Below are positions 25,801 through 37,800 of a DNA stretch of 60,000 bases, in pieces (positions within the stretch are counted from its first letter, which is position 1; each line of letters starts with the position of its first letter). The position numbers and the translations under genes were made by a program. Origin of the DNA: Botryllus schlosseri (taxonomy: Eukaryota); NCBI GenBank assembly GCA_051294905.1, contig CM119372.1, positions 7,380,001-7,440,000 on the forward strand. The letters are read 5' to 3'. Under the pieces are notes generated by a model. The model did no database searches. It had not been told where the DNA came from and worked only from the letters and a program-made list of their open reading frames with translations.

Positions 25801-28800
25801 GTGCCGGGCGTCCGGGCTAAAAGCACTAGAAAATGACTAGGAAACGTTGTGTGCGTGATTTCAGCCGGCAATTGATATGCGTCAAATTTCATTGCACATC
25901 GACTCGAGACAGGGCTAGCTACGCGTGAAACCCATGCCGAATCAGAGACACATATTAGTTAGCGAATAATGCGCTGATCATGCCGCGTTTCTTGTAGAAA
26001 ATGAGTAAATTCAAATCGCAGCCTATTTAAATAGGACTGCAATATCAGCAATCACTTAAAGTTAACAGAAATAGCATACCGGCGTCTTCAACGGAGAACA
26101 TATTCGTAGTTTATATGCTTGCTCGCATGTGCAATGCATTCAAGAATCGAAAGAACTTAGTGACCAGATTACATCATTACTAGTAGCATTCAGTGAAAAT
26201 TGCTTTGACCAATGAGATTTGAGAAAACAGTATACTAAAACTGAATGATCCTTCTCGATTAGGACATTTCAAAATAGACCGCTTTTAAAAGTGCATGGAT
26301 TCGTTTTGCCTATCCCAGACAGTAGTTGATGACAAAGGATTGTTATCGCAAAAACATAACTTTGTTTAATAACCAGTGTTACTCATGGAATAGGCTATTA
26401 GCCCCATAAGGCCACCGTTAGTAGTGGTTATGACAAACAAACACAATAAAAATCTTCAAAGAGATTGGCCTAAGCACAATCATACAACGTATCAATCGGC
26501 ACTCAACCTAAATCAACCATACGTGTCAATTGACATATACACAGGATTACACCACATAAAGTGCAGCACACTCACTCAAAGGCAGCATTCTGCACAGTGT
26601 CATTGAAATTTTGCCCCTTGGCCGCATTGTTATTGATGTCGCTCAAGGTACCGGAGCCCGCTTGGCCGTCGGTAGCGTCTAAAAGCAGAGCACGCGTAAG
26701 AACTGCGCCTAGCGTCACAAACGTAACCAGTAGGGTTGTCCATAATTTGGAAAATCTCTAAAAAGATGCGTATCCATGTCTCATTCTGTAGATTATTGAT
26801 TAAAAACGTCAATGAACTTGCAATAAGCTCATAGGAAATTCGTTAACATTTGTCTAAATGCGTTTGAAAGTAGCTGCCGTAGAGTGGGCGTGTTAGCGAC
26901 CATAGAACGGCGAGAAGACTAATAATCACGAAATCACGTCTCTTGATTGGTTTTTCAGCTATGCTTGAATGATCACGACCACAGCGGCTTGCTGATTATG
27001 TGCTTTTATTAGTCCAAGGAGATCGCTAACGGCAATGATTCTGTAAGCGCATTGTACATTGGTGATTTAATAATAAAATGAGACATCGGTTCATTGAATG
27101 TTTTAGTGTTAAAACTAGGTAGCGATAGGTTTAGAGCAACGATAGCCTCTTACAGGCATGACAGAGGTGAAACAGCGAATGATTGTGAACTTATAGAACC
27201 AAGTATAGATCCAAGAAATACCTATATGATATGCTTGAGATTACGCCAATTGGTTCTGCTTTTCTGGGTGCAGGTATGGCATATTAGACATCACCAAACT
27301 GGTGCAGCGTAACATGTGAGATGGATGCTGGACACAATCCTGTATGCTCAGAAGATATGTGGACCGACTAGGTAGCCCACATTGGATTTCTGAAGAGTGT
27401 AACTACCACACCGCTTCAATCCATCCTTTTTTGTCCATGTCTGATTTGATTCAAGCATTAGTCGTTATGCAGCCGGAATGATCTAACATTCATTAAGGAC
27501 ATGCTAAGCAGTGCAAGCAAACTGTCTTTTTGCTGGCCCTACCAGCATAGTCTGTGCTTATCTTTAGACCTCTTTGCCCGGCATCATTGATGACTTTGAC
27601 AGCACTTGCGGGTATGATTCATTATGCTGCAAGAATCTGACAAGTGGCAAGCGTAAACGACTGATTCATCCAGCCCTTACAGCATTCAAGACTTCAATTA
27701 TGTACCATGACAACAGCCTAATAAGATCAGACAAAGTAGTGTCAATGTCAAGCTTTATATTTGTATTCAATGATGGTACATCCCCTCTGAAACTAGAAAT
27801 TCGTTTGCCACTTGCATGAGCGCCTTTGCACTATTTTTTCGCATATTTTTGTGCTTTCCATCAATGAAATCAAGGCATACAGGCTACAACGGTTACCTTC
27901 ACAATAAGCCATCCAGTCATGTATTTAAAGATATTGTGAAGCAGCTGTTCTCAGTTCATCATGTCTTCCGTAACTCAACATGTTCTGAATTAATCCTAAA
28001 TCATTAGTTGCGGACCAACCTACAATCCACGTACAGAATCACCGCCGTCAGCCGACTCCTTGACCAGCTGATCAACAAGCCGCCAACCAGACATGGGGTG
28101 ATTACTTCGGGAATGTAATCGATTGCGATTACGATTACTTCTGAATGACACGATTACGATTACAGCAAAATCAGGAAGTAGTCGATTACGATTACGATTA
28201 CACTGGAAAAGTAATCACGATTACTCACGATTACATTTATTTCGCATCTTAAAAGTTATATTGGAAGACAATATATGGATTGCGCTGAAATGCCTAATGA
28301 TATAACAACTTCCTTTAAGCAAGATGCGACATTTGTTTGCTACGTCTTAAAGTATCCATTGCCCATTTTATAGAGGACGATTTATCGCACCCAACGATTT
28401 GCATTCTCGCTACGTCCACATCTGCCGCACCCAAAATTTCCTAATAGGGTGGAGACCGAGCTCGAAAGGGAATCGAAAGTATTTCGTAAACCAACACAAA
28501 TTATAGACTATTTTCGAGAGATTTCATGAACTTGAAAATTGTCTACGAGCATCGCGATTTAAATATCTCTATGTAGCTTGATTTTGAAATACATATGTCT
28601 CCTCAAGAAAAAAAAGCATGCATAATTTATAGTAACAGGCATTTAGGTGCCAGTAAATACCGCGCCACGACACACCAACAGACATATGCAGTTTCGGCCA
28701 ACATGCGAATCCACGAAGTGTGTTACTAATGAAAGCCATTGACCGAAACGTGCGGTATGTGTCCATTGTCAATAGCCGCGCTGGGTGATCCCACAATGCA

Positions 28801-31800
28801 AATGCTACCCGGGCACCCACAGAGTATTAAAGACATGGCAATTTGTGCGTGCGTCTCACGCAAGTATTTCTTTTAGTCTGCTACGTCCAGTACAGTCCAC
28901 TAGGGCTGGGCACAATGATTCGAGTACTCGAATCTGAATCGAGTAATTATTTTAATGATTCGAGTCGAGTAGCAAAATACGATTTTTTCGAGTAATGAAA
29001 TTATACGCTCCTCGCAACTGAAAGTTATTTTATCAACTAGAATTTTGGTTTGGATGCTATTTTCCACTGTGAGAGCCTTGAAACATTGATTGGGGGTATC
29101 GCAGCATACGAAACATATAATACAAAGTTACGACCGTTACTGGAAAAACATTTCTGAAGTCATTATCCTACAACATTGTCACAAAGTGCAATGAAATCGG
29201 TAGGGTCGAAGTAATACCAAAAGTATCTTTAATATGCCAGATAACAGGCATTATATTCTTTGTGGTGGCACAAAAGGTACATATTTGAACTTTGACATAT
29301 TGATTTTGTTGTGACGTCATAATGAGTGATACTCGATTACTCGACTCGAAGCATATTTCGTGATTCAGAATCGAATCACTCAGGTACTCGATTTTGCCCA
29401 GCCCTACAGTCCACTAGTCCACTACAATATCCCTTTGATTATATAACAGACCGGAGGTCACGAATTAACAACACACCCTAAAGTAATTATTACAAGATAC
29501 CAGATGTTATAACTATGAATTTCGTGCCCCCAGCTCATGAGGTAAATCTGACCATCGGGGGGGGTGAGAGAGGATTAAAAATGAATAGAATGCATTTACC
29601 AATATTATTGACGAAATTAAATCTTCAACTTGAAATCTACTATACCCTATGGGGGCCCAAGACCAACGTTTGGAGTGGGCGACGATTTGCTGTTTTGATC
29701 CTTATTCTAGCTATAAGCCACACTGACATTGTATATAAGTCGATGGCTATGGCGGCAGGTCCAAATGTTGAGTAAAGAATTGTGAAATAACGATTGACGC
29801 CCGTTTCAAGTAGAATCATATGAGAATAAGAGAAAGTGAACATAAAATCCTGCCTTCAACATTATACAGATAATGTAATACAAGCGGCCATTACGAGGAA
29901 CGGCTCGGTTTTGATATATATCAGCAGCTGTTGATTTTTAATGCTTCATCGTGGAAGCCGTGATGTTTTATTTGACGAGTAGGCCTACAAAATTTCAAAT
30001 CTTTGTCCGGTGTACGTTCGTGCTACATAAGCCTACTGCTCGCCAAGCAGCAACGGTCAAACTGCGTAAGTATAACCAAACATCAATACAAAAATTACTA
30101 TTTTAAACTAGGTAGAGTGGTGATTAACTATCCTGATATCCTGATATACAGCAGAGTTAGTGTTCTTACAATCACACCAATGTACAATGTACATCGAATA
30201 TCTATTCACTGTGTGTGGATAGCTGGATACTTCATACCTCCGCAATGCCGATTGACGAGCAAAGCTAATAGGCCACTTCTGACGTAATAATGAGCAGTGT
30301 CATTTGGAAATCTGACGTTTTTGCTATCACTAACTGGTATATACTGCTTGTTCACGAATGTTCAGTTTATGTCCTGTACAAATAAAAAGTAATCGTTCTT
30401 TCACAAAGAAATCGATTAAATATGGGAAGTAGTCGATTACGATTACTTGGGAATTTTTTCGAATGTAATCGATTGCGATTACGATTACTTGAAAATGCTG
30501 TAATCGTCGTAATCGATTACGATTACTAATCGCGATTACCCCATGTCTGCCGCCAACGTCGTGATCATTGAAGCATAGCAGATTAGTCAATCAAGCGCAG
30601 TAATTTCGTGATTACTAGTCTGCTTGCCGTTCTATGGTCGCTGACACGCCCACTCTACGGCAGCTACTTTCAAACGCATTTAGACAAATGTTAACGAGTT
30701 TCCTGTGAGCTTATTGCAGGTTCATTGACGTTTTTTAACTATAATCTATAGAATGAGACATGGATACGCATAAATTTTGAGATTTTCCAAATTATGGACA
30801 ACCCTAGTAACCAGTCCCTACCGAACTTGCTGTTATTAAAACCGGTCCGGTTTCCGAATCGGGCTCCGTTGTTGGCAATTGCATCGGCGCCATTGCTTCT
30901 GGCCTGGTACTGGAAAATTGAAACACATGACAACTCCATTTGAATCTGCATACGCCTCTACAGCAGGGGTTCTTAAATTAGAGTCCATAGATTAGACAAG
31001 GGGTGTCAAACTTAATTCGGATCATGGGCCGGATTCGACCCATTTGATCCCTTGCGGGCCGTACCGGTCAAATAATGACCAAATATCACATCCAAATTCA
31101 TACCTTACTTATCACTTACAATGCTACATTATCAAGGCTATACAAAATACATTCATTCTAGGAACAAACAATTGACAAAATTTGATGATTGGCCGATTTC
31201 ATACAGTTATAAGCCGGTAATACGGTGACTGTAACGACGATATGAGTTACGTGAGGCAGCATAAATGCGTTTTAAAGATGACGAGAGATTTGAATATGAC
31301 AGTAAAAAGTTATAGAGCAGTAGGACCATACACATTTGCATTTCTTTCTTTGTGTAATTACTATGTTGTCTGTTATTTGCATGCAACGGCTGCGCATTGG
31401 CTTTTTCGCCTTTGTATATAAAGTAGTTCTATCTTTTGTTCAATTTTCAAGAAAACCCTAAATTGAGTGTGCACTTTGTTCCCTTTTCGGAATTTAGTGC
31501 CGATGTCAGACAGGCCTGAACTGCATCTGAGAGGTCCATGAAAGGCCAATAAAAATCTTGTGATCAAGGCCAAAAAGTCGAGTAATTAAACCCCGGAATA
31601 TACGGCCAATTCGTGGATTGATCAATCCAGCAATTAGAAAGTAGAGGATCCTCTTGCAAAAAGCAGGATTTTCGATAGCGACCAGCAGATATTGGAATCC
31701 GTGGATGAGAACCCTAATCTGTGGATTACGCACAATGACTTGAGCGTTTTCCTCTTGTTGCCGACATGCTTCTCCAGATTTAGTCCCTTTCCTGAAGGTT

Positions 31801-34800
31801 TCTCTGTCGTGTGAATATATTCTTCATAACATATTGAAAATAGAAGCCACTCATGGTTAGACAGTGAAGTTTTTGTGTGCAGAACTGCCAGCAACCCTTT
31901 GTCACGATTAACAGTATTGTGATCTATGCGGAATTTGTACACGCATATCTAATGGACTATGCATATGTTCATGCCATCAGTAAACATTTCACTGTTCTGG
32001 AAACGTTAGCGCTAAAAATCGCCTTTGTCAAATGTTATCAAGTAATTATAATTTTTTGTGTATGTCAAATCATAAATGCAGTTTGAAAAGATTGTCAGAT
32101 ACTCACGGCAGCCGGGTAAGAGTCGTGCACGCTAATCGGGCCGTTACTGTAATGGTGCCCGCCGTCGGAATTGCTCCTGCTTGTGTAATCGTGTTGCTGA
32201 TTGCGAGACGCGCTGTACCGCGGATGTGGTATGCCTTGAAACGTAAGAACAGACATTGTCGTACACCGCGCCGGTCGGAGACACGTAAAACAGGTGTGAA
32301 TTGAATTCTAATTGCTAACGCCGGAACGACAAACAAAGTGCATCAGGTATGCAATCGACCGACCGGGCGGTAAAACAAACTCTGACCAGAAGAGAATCAA
32401 CAGTAAAGTTGAGTCAACATCGCAAACAAAAGATTAATCGCGACAGCCGATGTCAACTGCCAATTACACACAGACGACGGAATTATACTTTACACACTGA
32501 CCATCCGCCCTGCCATTTAATATTGAACCCAAGTAGTAAGCATAGGCGATCACTAAAATATAATTCCTGGTCGGATATCGTTACGTACCAACTGTGGCGA
32601 ACATACCGTTTGGTCAAGAAACGACTCACTGGTAACTTGACTGAATGAATGCACGATATCACAGACACCATCTAGGAGTGAGCGGGATATCGAACTATAT
32701 CATCTGTTCACAGGCGTGATCAACAGAAGATTTCGTTGTCCGTGCTCAAGTTTTCAAGTTGAAAGTTCAACCCGCGTGTACGTCTTACAGCCAAGATCAA
32801 CAACGGCTAATTTCTGTACCACTACCAGTCAATTGATCATCACGTCATGGTGTTTCGACATTGACACTATTACACTGGGCCAATATTCGTCCAAAATCAA
32901 TGACCTGGCTAAATTTTCAACATTTCAAATATATATCGGATTGGCGACATGGGTCGGCCTATTGGTACATCACACCATTGCAACACAGCCTTATGTCACC
33001 ACAAGGTGCGAATCTTGGAGAAAATGTTGATAATGGAGAATTTTTACGACGATACCATGTGAAGAATCCAAAAAATGGGGTGTAAGCCCAACGCACCATC
33101 GCACAGACAATGGATGTCGCTATATACTTCAGAAAAAGAAATCACTCTACAGTAACGCGAGTACAAAGCATGAAACGCACCTTTCTTTTGAAACCTCGGA
33201 CTTATGTCGTTGTCGTAATGATTCCTGTTTCCGTACCGGTATCCAGCACCGTTCGGTATGCTACCGTTCTAAATTAAAGTGGAACAAATGATCAGCACAA
33301 GTAGATTGGCAAACAAAATTTGAGTTGGATGCCAAACAAAAGCATGTACGGGCACGACAAAGTCAACTTAACACGAACACACGTGGCTTCCTATATCTAC
33401 GCCTTGATGTCTTGGGTGCCACAAGTGCGGACAAAGATAAGCCTCATACGAACAACAGAAAGTTTGTTCGAGGCTAGGGAGCTAGGAGCTGCAGAACTTC
33501 ATCTCAACTCGAATAGTACATGATCAATCAATTCACAATCCTTGTTTCCATAGCCATTGTGAAATTACTTTCGAATTGCCGAGATTAAATTTATAGATTT
33601 ATAAATTTATCGGACACACAAAGTCAAATTTCAGTTTTATCAAGCCATGCGCCGAACATGCTGGGGTTTACCAAGCGTCAGCTTGACCGCACCACTACAG
33701 TTAGACCAGAGATTCTTAAACTGGGGTCAGTGAGCCCCCTGAGAGCCCGCGCACCAGTTTCAAGTGGTCTATCAAAGGCCAATGAAAATACAAATAAATG
33801 CTGTGGATATCATCGCATTATGATGTCACGTGCGTCTGTTACATCACTATTTTAACGTCGAAAAATCGTATCAGTTAGGATAGATGTGAACAAGGCCAAC
33901 TTGGGTCATGAATTAGTTTCAGTTCAGTCGAGTTGATTTCATTTCACGTGGCTCTCTCATCAATTTTTTTGCGATATGGTATGAAACTGAATATTTTCGG
34001 CTGACACTCGTCAGGGGTAATCGTCAGCAACTAGTAGAGAATTGGGAAGAACATTGTACAATGTACATCAACAATCGTATCAGAAAACAATGACGTCACC
34101 GGCATGATATTTCGAACATACTATTCAATTGTATATTGTTCTGTAACTCCAAGAAGCTCTTCAATATAATTTTAATGCCTCGTGTCCAATTAGTGCGTAT
34201 CAAATTATCCCTTGGACTTAATGACAATTGGGGTCCCCACACGCACCAAAAACTAATTTCATTCCATTTTAATTTCATTGCGTTGTGTCCAATAAGTGCA
34301 GATGAAAAAAAGTCTATATAGGCTAAATCACAAAGTGGGTCTACACACACACACACCTAAAAACAAATTCAGGGGTTCACGATAAAAAAAGTTTTACGGA
34401 ACCATGAATCATATGGAAACCAGACTAGCCAAACATAAATAGCCTACTACACCCACCGATCTGTTATGCTTGTTGTACGACGGCTGACTCTTATAAAACT
34501 GCTGCCCCGCCATCATCGTTGTGGGATACAAATTTTGCTGGGCCGCCATCGGCATGGTCTGCACGTAACGACGGCCTTCCGACACCTGAGTGTTCACTGC
34601 AAAGTAACCGCGCGTTAAACGACCAGACGTAAAGAAAATCCTTGCCGTAACGTACCTTGCAAATGCACGAACCGTCCGTCGGGTGGCACGCCCCTGCCCG
34701 GTGGATAATCACCTGTCATGTAACTGCTGCCTACAACGTTACCTTTTCCGTGATATCCTCCCCTGTTTAGAAAAAGCCTTGCTATCAACTTTGACTTGTG

Positions 34801-37800
34801 TTAAAGGGCCACTGCGCCCTAAATATGATGTGGTCTCAGATTGAAGTTGAAGAGTGTGAAAGAAAATTTTGACAGCAGCCGTTTTCCTCAGAAAGCCACC
34901 AAAATAAAACTTTGGTTAAAATATTTTTCCAAAAATACAACAATCCACTCATCGATATCTGTGGTTCTTGCAGTGTTGTAATGACTTGAGTCACGATTTT
35001 CTGACGACTCGACTTGACAAGAGTCATTTCCTCAAAATACGGAAATGATTCGACTCGAGTCAATCTGCGTATTGACGCGACTCGGACTCGAGTCATTGGG
35101 CATGACTCGAGACTAGGACGGCCAAAACCGACATTTCATTGTAATTTCGAAGAACAGTGAAGTAACCACCCTACTGGGATTTCATCTATTGGTACTGGTC
35201 TTGAAAATGCGTCCTGAAACTGCTCAAAGTGACGAAAATTAGTAGAAATATATACTATAATATTATTAATTCGAACCATTCGATGTCACCGATATATATA
35301 TATATAACGTGGGTTCAACAAGACTTTAACTGGAAACTGAGCAGTCAACGCAACGACTTGGACTCGAGTCACAATACCATGACACTGACTCAACTCTCTG
35401 CGGACTTGGACTCGGTGGTGAATTAAAAATGACTCGACTCGACTTGACTTGAATCAAAACTACGAACATGAGAATGACTTGTGACTCGGAGCCTTGTGAC
35501 TTGGTTGCAACCCTGGGTTCGTGACCACTCGTGATAATGATGGCACGTGTTCCTTCACCATTGCATGTTCTCGACAGTAGCGAGCAGTCACCCAGTGTTG
35601 TTAGCTAGTCCGGAAAGCGTAGCACTGAAGACACGCATGTCACAATTTGGCAAGTGGTCAATAATGATGCGTGCGCAGAGATAGACGGAGTGGAATTGTA
35701 CATTTCGCTGCAGTTCAGTATGGCTGCTTTCCGAAAAGATTGATGGCCGCCGCCAAAATGCTTTCCATACTTGCGACTCTAATATGAGACTGTGTGCCAT
35801 ATCTAGAGCGCTGCGCCGCTTTAGACAGTAGGAATTACCTTTTGTGTGGAACGTAGTTGCCGGGAGGTATGTGAGCAGGAAAAACTCCGTTCGGAGGGAA
35901 GCCGTGATTCGCAAACTGAAAAAGAGACGGCGTCAGACAGCGTTACGGATGCGGATATTTAAAAAGTCGGTGACAAAGTTAAAAGTGAGACGTCCGGGAA
36001 GTACAAGACCGTATTTGTGACCGCGGTCGATAACATCGAAAACGCGGACATATTCAAATATACCGTAATATATTCCGTGACTAGAGGTAGAGAAATTGAT
36101 CCGAACACTCAATGGGTTTTTAATTTATCCCAACGTCATACTAGTGCAGTGGTTCTCGACTTGGGCTAGTCACAATAGCTCACTTGACGTCAAGACACCA
36201 GACTTGCACTAACTACCCATTTAGTTGGTTGGCGGTGTCAACTAACTAATGTTATTTTGAGTACCGGTAGTTCTAGTTGCAAATGTAGAAAATTGAGTAT
36301 TTCTAGTTACGGATATTGTAAAGCGAGCGGTTCTAGTTTAAGTTACACATTTGAAAATAATATCAGTTGCGACACAACTAGAAAGCACGTGTTGTCATTT
36401 TGCGCGAATTGAGACGTCGGTGTTCTGTTGAATGTTTGTGAAGCCATTACTAGCTCAAAGTCATCACTACCAACAGCGGAGTAGTCGAGGGGTGTCTTTT
36501 TCGGTCGAAACCTCTCCCATTTCGAACTCGGAACCGCGTTCTTTTGAAACGTCGAATCGATGTCTGATATTTCCGAATTAATGCGATGCCTGGTAGAATG
36601 AAATCAAGTCGAAAACGGTCCTCAACATTCAATGACTTGGGAATCCCTACGCCAGAGGTGGGCAGTCATTTTTCTGGGGATGAGAAGCAGTAAATATGTT
36701 GGCCGGCTAAGTCATTGAGTTTGCGCAATAATCTGCGATGTATCTGTTCTTGAATGTCCTTAGTTCTAGTCGCGGGTTTTGAAAAGTGAGCGGTTCTCGT
36801 TGCGAATTTAGAAAAGGGAGTAGTTAGTTTTTTTAGTTCCATTTGCGAGTTTTGAAAAGCGAGTAGTTCTAATTCTAGTTGCGGATTTTAAAGAGTAGCT
36901 CTAGCTCTAGTTCTAGTTGCGGATATTGAAAAGTGAGTAGTTCTACTTCTAGTTGCGCTTTTTGAAAATCCAGTACATTGAACAAGTCTGCAAGACACAC
37001 ACCGTACTCCTACAGCAGATGTCGAGCTGATTTGCAGTAAAATTCATTACAATCTTTTGCTTTGTGTGAAACTGAAAACCATGTTTTTTCAATGGTTTTG
37101 TTCTTTCAGCACTGCTGTTGACGCACGGTTCACTTATGACCGGTATGCCGAAGTAATGTGATATGCAAAAAGGTTGCGTGACTAGGCGAAAATTTTGAGT
37201 TCTAATTTTGTAGCTTATTGAGGTATTTCAATATTGCCCTTTCCCCGGTTCAAGAACCCAGCTGCTATAGCGTAGTTGTTATGCAAATTCCACGGACAGA
37301 AATTATGCAACGTCTAAAATCTACTTTCCATAGAAACTAATTTTGCTCAAGGCGCTACTGATGAAACAAAGCAGCAAGCATCGCGAGTATCCTAAACGAC
37401 TTTTTAAGAGCATGAAATATCGAGTCTTCTAATCAATCAATCATAACGAGCAAAAAATAGCCAACGAGGCTTATTGTACACGCGCTTACAAACGCATGTG
37501 ATGTAAAACCAGCATGATGAATTGTTAAGAACCAAACGCATCACAATGAAATACAAGGACATTTGCAGGGAAATCTCGCTTGCACGACCTCATTTCTGGT
37601 TAGTGTCTGTCCTGAGATTACTACTGTGTTGTGACTTGAAATACAGTACAGCGTGCTGCCTATTAGTTATATGCAGAACCTAAAAAGGTCATAAGGGACG
37701 ACGTCATTTATACAAGCAATAAACAAGGGGGCGTTTGGCGCCTGGATTATTGGCCAAGAGGGCGCTGGAAACACCGACTTTGAAAAAACTGGAACATCAA

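Larger units (their letters stand above)
26731..30806 (-). mobile_element. hATm-like transposon relic with ~250-bp TIRs and a transposase fragment
   Basis: TAGGGTTGTCCATAATTTGG termini; perfect TSD GTAACCAG; minus-strand fragment [20 protein letters not shown] at 27544-27603. Confidence 0.9.

Noticed and set aside
26679..30821. Introner-type element that created the intron
   Set aside because: The splice sites lie outside the TIRs and TSDs, and a normal 59-nt intron remains after removal.
31730..31802. Possible extra LARP4 cassette exon [24 protein letters not shown]
   Set aside because: Needs a weak GAG acceptor with no pyrimidine tract; the stronger nearby AG gives a stop.
35771..35778. 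Possible 8-nt microexon (ag|AGTCGCAA|gtatgg) in LARP4
   Set aside because: Not needed: exon 34656-34762 already supplies the phase 2-to-1 transition with a stronger acceptor.
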